This document shows positions 17,611 through 26,417 of a stretch of DNA of 42,929 nucleotides, piece after piece. Both the position numbers and the translations under genes were made by a program. The first letter of the stretch is position 1. Each line of letters begins with the position of its first letter. Location: NCBI GenBank assembly GCA_964551885.1, contig CAZKEW010000002.1, positions 1 to 42,929 of the forward strand, given 5' to 3'. The DNA is from an uncultured Eubacteriales bacterium (lineage in GTDB: Bacteria; Acidobacteriota; Aminicenantia; Aminicenantales; UBA8522). The notes beneath the pieces were generated by a model. That model was not told the DNA's origin. It saw only the letters and a list, made by a program, of their open reading frames with translations, and made no database searches.

Positions 17611-20341
17611 AGGAAAACCCCAAGCGGAAGACCCGCGGCGATTCGATCTCTGTGGCGTAGCGCAAGGTAAACTCCGGACCAGTCCATTCGTTCTCCTGCG
17701 TGGCCAGGGCCCAGTTGAAGATGTTGTAGCCATCAAGGAAGATTCTCCCTTTTGCCTTTCCCAGGTTGAGAACTTTTTCCAGCCTCACATCCACAGTCAT
17801 GTTGAATTCATACCGAGCGACGCCGCGGGAAAAGGCCTGGACGTAGAAAGGTCCCTGATTCAAGCCGGCGACGATGATTTTCCGGGCAAAGGGCTGGCCA
17901 TCGTAATATTTCACTAAGGCCGCCAGCCTGAAGCCGTGGGGAACGGCGACACTCGCTCCGAGCCTTGCCGTGTACGCCCTGTCGAAACGCAGTCTCCCCT
18001 TGGTGAGGATGGAGGCATTCGGATTATCGTACAGAGCTCCCACGACACCGTCATCGTTTTCCCATTCGGTATTTCCCGGGCTTGTCGTCCCGATGCCTTC
18101 TGTGGCGGTTGCCGAAAAAAAGAACAACGAGCTTTGGCTGAATTTCTTGATCAGGATCAGGTCGAGGCCTCGATAGCGGGATATTCTTGTATCGCTTTCT
18201 GGGTTGGTCAAGAGGAAAAAGTCCTGGCCCAAAGTCCCCTTTTTCTGGTTATGGACGGTGAGATAAAGGTCATCATGATTTCCGGGGATGTAGTCGTCGC
18301 CGGGATCGTAGATCTCGACAGGGTCGTAGGCGGAAAAGGGAACACCCACGTTCAAAGTCTCAATGAGGTTTCGCGTCTCGCGATAGAAGCCTGCCAGAGT
18401 GAGATACCAATTCTTCCTGAAAATATGAGTCAGGGCCACTGCATACTCATCGGTGTAAGGCCTCTTGAGGTCCGGGTCTATCTGCGCATAATAAGGACCT
18501 TGCCTCCGCCAGAGCGCGCCCGCCTCGCCTTCCTGGAATTGATTATCATGGTTGGCATCCCTCCAAGGATAAGCCTGCCCGGCTAGGGCATTCGGGTTTC
18601 CGTAGGTCAAGTGCCAGAGCGGGAGCTCGAAATAATAGCGGGCGGCAGAGATTCTGAGCGAGGTGGTTTTTTTGGACGCGAAGGGGAGGACGAGGGCCAG
18701 GCGGGGAGAAAGATTGGACCAGGTGACCAGGCTGCTCGCTGACCCTTCCGACGGAACCCAGCCTCGGGTCGAGACGAAGTGAAGGCCGAAGGAAAGAGAG
18801 GCCAAGTTTGGAAAAGTAATAGTGTCCTGGGCGAAAAGACGGAGATTGAAAGCCTTTTCGCTGTGCTCGATGGGCGTGTTAAAGCGGACAATCTCCAACG
18901 GGTTTTTTCCATAAAAATGGAGATGATAGTTGTCGAGGATTTTTTCTTCTGACGAGGACGAGCGGTGCTGAAGAGAGAACCCGTATTCGAGGCGATGATG
19001 ATAACGGGGCAAGCTTCCTAAGAGGACTTCGCCCGTGCCCTGCAGGACCAGCGCAGTCCGGTCATCCCGACCTGCCGCGGCAGCGACTCCGGAAGGGATC
19101 TTTTTGAATATTTCAAGCCCGTGCGGCTCCGTCTCTCCTTCCTGGAAATTGGAATGGATATTTCCGCGGCTGAAGCTCGCTCCAACTCGGAAAAAATGAT
19201 CCGACCGGATTCTCATCCTCCAGATGACTTGGAAGACATTGAAAAGGCTTTTTCGGTCGAGAGTGGACGAATAAGGGACTTCCCTTGCCGCTCCGTAGGA
19301 AGGCTGCTTGACTACCTGTCCCGTCCAGAAAACCTGGAGAGAACTTTGGGAGAAGAGGTAGGTCAGGTTCACTAACGCCGAGGTGACGGAGGCTTTATCA
19401 TCCTCGGCGAATTCGGCGATATCGCGCGAAAGGTCGAGCCGGGTGAATGAAGTGAAGAAAAAGAGCCGGCCCGGCAGAATGGGCCCAGAAACTTGGGCGT
19501 TGTAATTTTGGAAGGAGTTCAGGCGATGACTTTCATAGAGGTCTTCCTTTTCCAGGGCCGGAGTGATGTTGGACGTCGTCATTCCCTTGGTCGTGAAAAA
19601 GGCGGAGAGGGCGCCGTGATACTCCGGAGTTCCCTGTTTAGGAACAAGGTCAAAATAGCCTCCGGGCGAGAAATACGGGATAGGGTGCTGGCCATTGCTG
19701 TGCTGGGCATAGGCCACGCTATAAAGGTCAGGATAATAAAGCGGCGTTCCGGTCTGATATGGGTCTGTGACATCCATCCCGTTGATGAGGTAGCTCGTCT
19801 GGGTCCAGGAAACGCTGCCGCGGGAGCTGAAGAGCGCCGGCTCGCTTGCCCGCATCCCGCCGACATCAATCCGGTTGGTTGTCGCCGACAGGTCCTGGTT
19901 TTCCACGAGCGACCAGATATTATTAGCCGAGGGAAGAGCCGTGATCTGAAGCTCATCGATGATTGTCCGTGAGGAAGAATTGGAGAGATCGACCCAGAGC
20001 GGTTTGAACGGCGTGCCGGCGGGGCTTTCTGTCCGCTTGAGGTTGATTTTTAGGTAGAGAATCCGGGATGGCTCAAAAACAACGCTTGGCTGTTCATAAG
20101 GTTTATATCCCTCCCGCTCAAAGACAACAAGAAGCTCTCCTGGAGGAATCCCGTTGAATTGGAAAAACCCGTTTTCGTCTGAAGTAATCGAAGAGCGGAA
20201 AAGGGTGTCCTTTGAAGTCAGCGTGACCTGAACGTTCTCCAGCGGTTTCTGATCTTCATCGCTGATATGGCCCTGGAGGATTCCCGAGTCCTCGGCTAAA
20301 AGAAATTGACCTGAAAGTGAGAGAAGGGAAAAAAGCAGCAA
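17600..20341 (-). CDS. TonB-dependent-receptor-like outer-membrane protein with N-terminal CarboxypepD_reg domain
   Basis: 913 aa. It has a CarboxypepD_reg-like segment (VQVTLTSKD...ENGFFQFNGIPPGELLVVFEREGYKPY), a plug-like segment (NRIDVGGMRASEPALFSSRGSV...LINGMDVTDP) and a long barrel ending FRLGFSYEF. The start is uncertain: the track start is a TTG with no RBS, while an in-frame CTG at 20389 has an AGGAG 9 nt upstream. Confidence 0.8.
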   Translation of the reverse strand: MLLFSLLSLSGQFLLAEDSGILQGHISDEDQKPLENVQVTLTSKDTLFRSSITSDENGFFQFNGIPPGELLVVFEREGYKPYEQPSVVFEPSRILYLKINLKRTESPAGTPFKPLWVDLSNSSSRTIIDELQITALPSANNIWSLVENQDLSATTNRIDVGGMRASEPALFSSRGSVSWTQTSYLINGMDVTDPYQTGTPLYYPDLYSVAYAQHSNGQHPIPYFSPGGYFDLVPKQGTPEYHGALSAFFTTKGMTTSNITPALEKEDLYESHRLNSFQNYNAQVSGPILPGRLFFFTSFTRLDLSRDIAEFAEDDKASVTSALVNLTYLFSQSSLQVFWTGQVVKQPSYGAAREVPYSSTLDRKSLFNVFQVIWRMRIRSDHFFRVGASFSRGNIHSNFQEGETEPHGLEIFKKIPSGVAAAAGRDDRTALVLQGTGEVLLGSLPRYHHRLEYGFSLQHRSSSSEEKILDNYHLHFYGKNPLEIVRFNTPIEHSEKAFNLRLFAQDTITFPNLASLSFGLHFVSTRGWVPSEGSASSLVTWSNLSPRLALVLPFASKKTTSLRISAARYYFELPLWHLTYGNPNALAGQAYPWRDANHDNQFQEGEAGALWRRQGPYYAQIDPDLKRPYTDEYAVALTHIFRKNWYLTLAGFYRETRNLIETLNVGVPFSAYDPVEIYDPGDDYIPGNHDDLYLTVHNQKKGTLGQDFFLLTNPESDTRISRYRGLDLILIKKFSQSSLFFFSATATEGIGTTSPGNTEWENDDGVVGALYDNPNASILTKGRLRFDRAYTARLGASVAVPHGFRLAALVKYYDGQPFARKIIVAGLNQGPFYVQAFSRGVARYEFNMTVDVRLEKVLNLGKAKGRIFLDGYNIFNWALATQENEWTGPEFTLRYATEIESPRVFRLGFSYEF

Positions 20342-20459
20342 TAAAAAGAATGGGCGGTCAGAGCTTTGCTTACACTGAACTTCCTTCAGTTTTCTTATCT
20401 CCTGAGAAAAATCTCCTTATATTTCCCATTTTTAATTTGCCCTGTCAAGAAACTTTATC

Positions 20460-20488
20460 GGGGACGGTTCTCGGAGAGAACCGTCCCC
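20460..20488. repeat. REP-like hairpin GGGGACGGTTCTC-GGA-GAGAACCGTCCCC (copy 2 of 3)
   Basis: A perfect 13-bp stem identical to that at 98..126. It lies in the divergent region between the TonB-like gene and lpdA, where no gene ends. Confidence 0.7.
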
Positions 20489-20604
20489 TTTAAATATCAG
20501 GAAAAAGAATTTATAATGACTGCCGGTCAATAAGATGAAAGAAAGAATCGTTATGATGCCATCACTCATCGAGAGGGCAATGTCTTCTTAGTGGAGGAGG
20601 AGCC

Positions 20605-22005
20605 ATGGCGGAGAGACGCGACCTCGTCATCATTGGCGGAGGCATTGGCGGTTATGTAGCTGCCTTGAGAGCAGCCCAGCTCAGGAAGAAGGTTACGCTC
20701 ATCGAGGAGGACCGGATCGGCGGGACATGCATGAATTACGGCTGCATACCCACGAAGTTTCTCCTTTATCAAACGCAAAAGTTCAGCGAATTGAAGCGAA
20801 ATCCTAGGATCGAGGGAATTCCGGAGAGCGCTCACCTGAACTGGAAGCGGGTTCAAGATGAAAAGATTAGCGTGGTGGACAGGCTGGTCAAAGGAGTGGA
20901 ATTCCTCCTCCAGCGAAACGGCGTGGAAGTCCTCAAGGGAAAAGGAATGCTTAAAGGAAACAGAGAAGTCGTTTTCCAGGGCGCCCAGGGAGAAAAAGCC
21001 TTTGAGGCGGAGAAAATCATCCTGGCCATGGGAAGCCGTTCCTCCGAGCTTCCTTTTTTGAAACCCAACGCCAGAGAGGTCATCACTCACCTTGAAGCCT
21101 TGGATCTCGAGGATATTCCCAAGACGATGATCGTTGTCGGTGCTGGAGCGATCGGTCTCGAGATCGGAACAATTTTTTCGCGAATAGGAACAGAAGTGAC
21201 CGTCCTCGAGATCATGCCGACGATTCTTCCGGGGATGGATAAGCAGATGGCTGTGCGGCTGGAGAGGATTCTCAAGAAGCAGGGGCTCAAAATTTTCACA
21301 GAGATGCGCATAGAGGAGTCTTCGCTCGAGCAGGGGCAAGTTCACCTCAAAGGCACGTGCCTCAAAACCAAGTCGGCCTTTGAATACGCTGCTGAGAAAG
21401 TTCTTCTGGCTGCCGGCAGAAAGCCAAACTCGGAGATTCTCGTGAAGGACTTTGGAAACATGCTTGGCCGCGCCGGGTTTGTCCAGGTCAACTCACGCCT
21501 GGAGACACAAATCCCAGGAGTGTATGCCATCGGTGACCTCATCGGAGGAAAGCTCCTGGCCCACAAAGCTGAGCATGAAGGTGTCATCGCGGCTGAAAAT
21601 GCAGCAGGGCTTCGGACCGAGATGGATTATCAAGCTTTGCCCATGGCCGTTTTCACGGAACCCGAATTTGCTTCAGTGGGATTGACGGAGGAAGAAGCTA
21701 AGGCGCAGGAAATTCAAACTCAGATCGGCCTCTTTTCTCTGCAGGCAAACGGACGGGCTGTGACTTTGGAAAGCCCGGAGGGAATAGTGAAGGTCATCGC
21801 GTCGTTGGATGACAAGGTCATCGGCGCGCATATCCTGGCTCCGCATGCCAGCGAGCTCGTTGCCGAAATCACGCTGGCCATCCATAAAAGACTGACCCTC
21901 AAGGATGTTTTCTCGACCATTCATGTCCATCCCACCCTTTCTGAATCCGTGATGGAAGCGGCGTTGAAGGCCAAAGGGCTGGCGCTTCATGCCCTGAATG
22001 AATAA
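20605..22005 (+). CDS. lpdA: Dihydrolipoyl dehydrogenase (E3)
   Basis: 466 aa with an FAD motif (VIIGGGIGGYVAA), a redox disulfide (GGTCMNYGCIPTK), an NAD motif (VVGAGAIGLE) and the C-terminal HVHPTLSE. A GGAGGAGG RBS is present. No E1/E2 genes are adjacent. Confidence 0.93.
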   Translation: MAERRDLVIIGGGIGGYVAALRAAQLRKKVTLIEEDRIGGTCMNYGCIPTKFLLYQTQKFSELKRNPRIEGIPESAHLNWKRVQDEKISVVDRLVKGVEFLLQRNGVEVLKGKGMLKGNREVVFQGAQGEKAFEAEKIILAMGSRSSELPFLKPNAREVITHLEALDLEDIPKTMIVVGAGAIGLEIGTIFSRIGTEVTVLEIMPTILPGMDKQMAVRLERILKKQGLKIFTEMRIEESSLEQGQVHLKGTCLKTKSAFEYAAEKVLLAAGRKPNSEILVKDFGNMLGRAGFVQVNSRLETQIPGVYAIGDLIGGKLLAHKAEHEGVIAAENAAGLRTEMDYQALPMAVFTEPEFASVGLTEEEAKAQEIQTQIGLFSLQANGRAVTLESPEGIVKVIASLDDKVIGAHILAPHASELVAEITLAIHKRLTLKDVFSTIHVHPTLSESVMEAALKAKGLALHALNE

Positions 22006-22017
22006 TTGGATGGACGC

Positions 22018-23622
22018 CTACCGGATATAGCCAAGAGCCCTGAGCATCTCCTGGGTTTTTTCGTCGATCTTCACTTCTTCTTTCCCGCTCAAAGCTTCCC
22101 GGGCATAGGCTTCGAGTTTATGCTTGAACGGCAAAAGTTCAGCGGGAACGTCTTTTCCCCGGCAAAGATCGGCCGTTTCCCGAGGGTCTTTTTTTAGGTT
22201 AAAAAGCTCGTATTTTTTATCCTCGGGCGTGAAGATGAGATGCCAGGGGAAAGAGAGAAGTCCAAACCGGTCTCTCGCGGCTTCGGGCTTGTAGGTTTCA
22301 CCAAAAATGACCGGATTTTCCTTCTCCTTGAGGCGGAGGAGATTTCTTCCTTGGAAGTAGGAAAATGGTTTCAGCCCCATCATTCTTGTTATTGTTGGAG
22401 CGACGTCAAGCAGGCTGACGAATTCTTCCCGGACGACTCCCTTTTTGCCTGAGGAGGGATCTCTGATGATCAAAGGAACTTTCATGTAGATATCATATAT
22501 ATAATGGATATGGCCGATGTGGGGATCGCCGTAATCAGTGTGATATTCGCCCAGGCCTTCGCCATGGTCTCCGGCAAGAAGTACGGCTGTCCTGTCAAAA
22601 AGCTGGAGTTCGCGGAGTTTATTCCAGAGCTTGCCGATCTCCCCGTCCATATACTCGACTTCTCTCCGGTAGCATATCTGGTTGGCCTGCTCAGAGAGAA
22701 GAGGCCTGCCCCGGAAGGTGAGCTGGATCTGTCTTAGACCGGCATCGTTGTATATATTGATGAGGCTCTCTCCGGAAAGGAAATAAACGTTGTCGGAATG
22801 GCGGACAAACCAGCCGCGGGTAAAATCTGCTCTCAGTTCCTTTTGATCAGGGGCAGGAAAAAAATCCAGTTTGTCCAGCCGGCCGATATAGTGATCCTGA
22901 CTCTGATCAAACTCGTTCTTGAACTCTATCCTGAGCTCGTTTTTTCCCGGCTGGAGGTCAAGCGTGGCCTGGTTGAGCGTGTATTTTTGCAGGCTGGTTT
23001 CGAACACCAACCGGTTATTCAAGTAGAGCTTGAAATCTAAGGGGACATAGGGAGGGGCGTAGGGGTCATGGGGGTCGGAATAATGAACCCACAGGAAGAA
23101 CGGGCGGTCTTTATTCTTTTCCAGCCAGGGGAAGACTTTCTCGTTGACTTCGCCGGCCGTAAGATACCAGCGGTCGCCGGGAAAGCTGTCTTCGTAAAGT
23201 TCAAAGCCTTGGCCTAACCCAAATTGAGATCCGACGACGCCCAGAGAAACAAAAGCTGCCGTGGCGAAGCCTTTCTTCCGGAAGAGATTGACAAACGAAG
23301 GCCTTGTCCTTTTTGCCCCGATCGCCTGGCCGTTGTTATAGTTTTTGATTTCATGGGGCGGTTCGGAAAAGAAGAGGCTGGCGTGCGAAGGCAGGGTAAT
23401 CGGAATCAAGCTATAAGCATTCTTGAATATGATTCCTTCCCGGGCCAATAAATCGATATTGGGAGTGGAAGCGTTTGAAGGATTGTAAGCGCTGACATAA
23501 TCCGCGCGCTGGGTGTCGAGCGTGATCAGGATAAAATTTTCCGGCTTGGCTTTCTTCTGGCAACCGAGAAAAGAAACGAAGATGAGAATTCCAGAGAAAA
23601 CCTTGGAATGCTGCTTATTCAC
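22018..23622 (-). CDS. Sulfatase-like (alkaline-phosphatase superfamily) hydrolase/transferase, secreted or lipid-anchored
   Basis: 534 aa with a signal peptide containing Cys (FLGCQKK) and a metal-site motif (ILITLDTQRADY). TLPSH occupies the position of the sulfatase C/S-x-P-S-R motif. Downstream motifs are GDHGE and HIGH. Confidence 0.85.
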   Translation of the reverse strand: MNKQHSKVFSGILIFVSFLGCQKKAKPENFILITLDTQRADYVSAYNPSNASTPNIDLLAREGIIFKNAYSLIPITLPSHASLFFSEPPHEIKNYNNGQAIGAKRTRPSFVNLFRKKGFATAAFVSLGVVGSQFGLGQGFELYEDSFPGDRWYLTAGEVNEKVFPWLEKNKDRPFFLWVHYSDPHDPYAPPYVPLDFKLYLNNRLVFETSLQKYTLNQATLDLQPGKNELRIEFKNEFDQSQDHYIGRLDKLDFFPAPDQKELRADFTRGWFVRHSDNVYFLSGESLINIYNDAGLRQIQLTFRGRPLLSEQANQICYRREVEYMDGEIGKLWNKLRELQLFDRTAVLLAGDHGEGLGEYHTDYGDPHIGHIHYIYDIYMKVPLIIRDPSSGKKGVVREEFVSLLDVAPTITRMMGLKPFSYFQGRNLLRLKEKENPVIFGETYKPEAARDRFGLLSFPWHLIFTPEDKKYELFNLKKDPRETADLCRGKDVPAELLPFKHKLEAYAREALSGKEEVKIDEKTQEMLRALGYIR

Positions 23623-23714
23623 CTCTCGTCGGCCTCAGAAAATGGCGATGCGGCCGGTCGCCGCAGGCTTTTGACTGGTTATTATGTGAGATAAATAAAA
23701 AATTGTCAAAATGT

Positions 23715-23743
23715 TTGCAAAATTCATTTCAATTTTATAAAAT
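23715..23743 (+). promoter_or_regulatory. Candidate nuo operon promoter TTGCAA-17-TAAAAT
   Basis: The -35 is at 23715..23720 and the -10 at 23738..23743, 27 nt upstream of the nuoA GTG. A GGAAGGAG RBS is at 23758..23765. Confidence 0.35.
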
Positions 23744-23769
23744 GTCTGCCCTTATTCGGAAGGAGCGCC

Positions 23770-24114
23770 GTGGTCGAAATCTTTTTGGTCTTTCTCGTCT
23801 TCGGTTTGTTGGGCGTCCTTCTGATTTTTATGAATAAATTCCTGGGCCCATCCCGGTCCAACCCGGCCAAAGAAAAGCCCTTCGAATGCGGCAGCCCTTA
23901 CCTCCAGAAAGACATCAACCCTTTCCCGATCAAATTCTACCTTGTCGCCTTTATCTTCCTCCTTTTTGACATCGAAGTTGTCTTCTTCTTTCCGTGGGCC
24001 CTCATTTTCAGAGAGATGAAAACGAATGCCCTGATTGTGATGATGGCCTATATTTTTGTCCTGGTCATCGGGTTTATCTACGCTTGGAAAAAGGGCGCGT
24101 TCGAGTGGGAATGA
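23770..24114 (+). CDS. nuoA: NADH-quinone oxidoreductase subunit A
   Basis: 114 aa with three TM helices and the conserved KEKPFECG motif. It uses a GTG start after a strong RBS. Confidence 0.9.
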   Translation: MVEIFLVFLVFGLLGVLLIFMNKFLGPSRSNPAKEKPFECGSPYLQKDINPFPIKFYLVAFIFLLFDIEVVFFFPWALIFREMKTNALIVMMAYIFVLVIGFIYAWKKGAFEWE

Positions 24115-24632
24115 GAGAAAAATCAAGCCTGCCCGAAGCAAAGAAAAAACATCTGCCGCCCGCCCAGTTCATCACGACTCAGTTCAATTATATCCTCGGC
24201 TGGGCCCGCAAATTTTCCCTTTTCCATTACCCTTTCGTCACTGCCTGCTGCGGCATGGAATACATGTCGGCGGCCTGCGCCCATTTTGATATCGACCGCT
24301 TCGGCGCCGGCTGGACGCGCTTTTCGCCGCGGCAATCCGATATGCTCCTTGTGGTCGGGACGGTGACCCAAAAATTAGCCCCTGTGCTGCGCACGGTCTA
24401 TGACCAGATGACCGAGCCCAAATGGGTGATCGCCTTCGGCACGTGCGCTGTGAGCGGGGGAATCTACGATAATTACGCTGTCGTCCAGGGGATTGACGCG
24501 ATCATTCCCGTGGATGTTTATATTCCAGGCTGTCCGCCTCGGCCGGAAACGGTGCTCGATGGCCTTCTAAAATTGCAGGAGAAAATACAGAGACAAGAAC
24601 AAGAATGGCGATGGAAGAAAAGAAAATTTTAG
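24111..24632 (+). CDS. nuoB: NADH-quinone oxidoreductase subunit B
   Basis: 173 aa counted from the ATG that overlaps the nuoA stop (ATGA). The N2 cluster ligand contexts are [16 protein letters not shown] and GCPPRPE. Confidence 0.93.
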   Translation: MREKSSLPEAKKKHLPPAQFITTQFNYILGWARKFSLFHYPFVTACCGMEYMSAACAHFDIDRFGAGWTRFSPRQSDMLLVVGTVTQKLAPVLRTVYDQMTEPKWVIAFGTCAVSGGIYDNYAVVQGIDAIIPVDVYIPGCPPRPETVLDGLLKLQEKIQRQEQEWRWKKRKF

Positions 24633-25090
24633 ACCTGCTCAAGCAGAAATTCCCCGGCGAGATCAAAGACGCCTCGACCATGCTCGGGGATGATGTCGTC
24701 GCCATCGACAAAGAGGCGCTCCTCACCCTCGTGAAATTCTTGAGCAGCAAACCGCACGAATACAATATGCTCTTGGACCTGACCTGTGTCGATTATATCG
24801 GCGAAGAACCCCGGTTTGAAATGGTTTATCATCTCTTTTCCTTGCCGCAAAACAAGCGTTTGAGAATCAAAGCGAGGCTTTCGGAGAAGGACCTCCGCAT
24901 CTCTTCTTTGACAGCCGCCTGGAAGAATGCCAACTGGTTGGAGAGAGAAATATTCGACCTTTTTGGGGTGCATTTTGAAGGCCACCCCGACCTCCGCCGC
25001 ATTTTCATGTACGATGGGTTTGAAGGGAATCCTCTGCGTAAAGATTATCCTTTGCGGAAACGTCAGCCGCGCATTCGCTTGAGGGAGTGA
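24605..25090 (+). CDS. nuoC: NADH-quinone oxidoreductase subunit C (30 kDa)
   Basis: 161 aa with NuoC signatures ([36 protein letters not shown]). The start may be the ATG at 24605 or at 24611. Confidence 0.9.
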   Translation: MAMEEKKILDLLKQKFPGEIKDASTMLGDDVVAIDKEALLTLVKFLSSKPHEYNMLLDLTCVDYIGEEPRFEMVYHLFSLPQNKRLRIKARLSEKDLRISSLTAAWKNANWLEREIFDLFGVHFEGHPDLRRIFMYDGFEGNPLRKDYPLRKRQPRIRLRE

Positions 25091-25091
25091 C

Positions 25092-26417
25092 ATGCCGACA
25101 AGAATTCAGAAGGAAGCCCGGCCGGACACGATGCTCCTGAACATGGGGCCTTCCCACCCGGCGATGCACGGCACGATCCGCATCATGCTCGAGCTCGACG
25201 GCGAGCGCATTCTCAACTCCGAGGTGGAAGTCGGTTACTTGCACCGTGGGTTTGAGAAGCAGTGCGAAAACCGGACCTATTTTAACCTTCTTCCTTACAC
25301 CGACAGGCTGAATTATGTCTCGCCGCTCATCAACAACCTCGGTTACGTGATGACCCTCGAGAAAATGCTCGGCGTCGAGGTTCCGGAGCGGGCCCATTAC
25401 ATCCGAGTCATCATGAGCGAGCTCTCCCGGATTTCCGACCACCTCACCTGCCTGGCGGCCATGGCCATGGAATGCGGCGCCTTCACCGCTTTCCTGTATA
25501 AGATGAAGGCCCGTGAATTTATCTGGGACGTGATCGAGCAGACAACGGGAGCAAGGATGACAACCTCTTATATCCGGATCGGCGGAGTGAGGGCAGACCT
25601 CGAACCCAATTTTGCCGCGGCCCTCGAAAAGGCCATCAAAGAGACCCGGCTGGTTTTGAAGGATGTTCGCGGCTTGCTCGACAAGAACAAGATCTTCCTC
25701 AACCGCACCCGCGATGTCGCCGTCATGACCCCCGAAAACGCCATAGCCTACGGCTGGACAGGACCGTGCCTGCGTTCGACCGGCGTTTATTACGACGTCC
25801 GCAAAGCGCAGCCCTATCTCACTTACGACAAGTTAGAATTTGAGGTGCCGTTAGGCGAGAGGGGCGATAATTTTGACCGTTACATGGTCCGGATGAAGGA
25901 GATGGACCAGAGCTTGCGCATCATCGAACAGGCTGCGAAGCATCTGCCCAAAACGCCTGCTGAAGTCATGGCTCAAGGCGTAGAGCCTGCCGAGGCCATC
26001 AAAGCGTCGCGCCAAAAGAGAGTCAGGGGAAAGGTTGAGCTCTCGCCCAACCTGGAAGGCTCAGAGAAAGATAAATATAAAGGTATTTTGTCTGCGGATA
26101 AAGGCTACGTTGTTCCTCCCAAAGAGGATACGTACACATCGATCGAAGGGCTGATCAATCACTTTAAGTTTTTCATGAGAGGGCACGGCATCCGTCCGCC
26201 TAAAGGAGAAGTCTATTTTTCAGTCGAGGGAGGAAACGGTGAGCTCGGGTATTACATTGTTTCTGACGGTACAGACCGGCCCTACAGGCTTCATCTGAGG
26301 GCCCCTTGTTTCCATATCGTCGCGGCTCTGGAGCACCTCATCAAGGGCCGCTATGTGGCGGATGTCATCCCGACGTTCGGGTCGATGAATATGATCGGAG
26401 GAGAGTTAGACCGGTGA
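25092..26417 (+). CDS. nuoD: NADH-quinone oxidoreductase subunit D (49 kDa), with an internal ~40-50 aa insertion
   Basis: 441 aa with LNMGPSHPAMHGTIR, GYLHRGFEK and a C-terminal RAPCFHIV...GSMNMIGGELDR. A GAGGGAG RBS is present. Confidence 0.95.
   Translation: MPTRIQKEARPDTMLLNMGPSHPAMHGTIRIMLELDGERILNSEVEVGYLHRGFEKQCENRTYFNLLPYTDRLNYVSPLINNLGYVMTLEKMLGVEVPERAHYIRVIMSELSRISDHLTCLAAMAMECGAFTAFLYKMKAREFIWDVIEQTTGARMTTSYIRIGGVRADLEPNFAAALEKAIKETRLVLKDVRGLLDKNKIFLNRTRDVAVMTPENAIAYGWTGPCLRSTGVYYDVRKAQPYLTYDKLEFEVPLGERGDNFDRYMVRMKEMDQSLRIIEQAAKHLPKTPAEVMAQGVEPAEAIKASRQKRVRGKVELSPNLEGSEKDKYKGILSADKGYVVPPKEDTYTSIEGLINHFKFFMRGHGIRPPKGEVYFSVEGGNGELGYYIVSDGTDRPYRLHLRAPCFHIVAALEHLIKGRYVADVIPTFGSMNMIGGELDR

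Noticed and set aside
16786-17736. The long form (316 aa) of the small OM barrel gene, and similar N-terminal extensions in the track for nuoB (23994), nuoE (26306), nuoI (30721) and the second LDT (36015).
   Set aside because: The extensions overlap the upstream genes by 60-140 nt and have non-protein-like sequence. In each case an internal ATG or GTG lies at the ATGA/GTGA junction or is followed by a proper signal or TM sequence.
14755-20341. The idea that the two OM barrels plus the Fe-S membrane protein form a porin-cytochrome extracellular electron conduit.
   Set aside because: No CxxCH haem-binding motif is present. The 913-aa and 274-aa proteins contain no cysteine at all, and no multihaem cytochrome gene is adjacent.
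20566-21345. Large antisense ORFs lie opposite well-identified genes. Examples are 20566..21345 opposite lpdA, 37445..38143 and 38636..39229 opposite dnaK, 39479..40237 opposite dnaJ, 26763..27722 opposite nuoF, 28628..29287 opposite nuoG, 1584..2354 opposite hppA and 33482..34096 opposite the malic enzyme gene.
   Set aside because: These are typical shadow ORFs of GC-moderate coding regions. They have no recognisable motifs, and the sense-strand genes are unambiguous.
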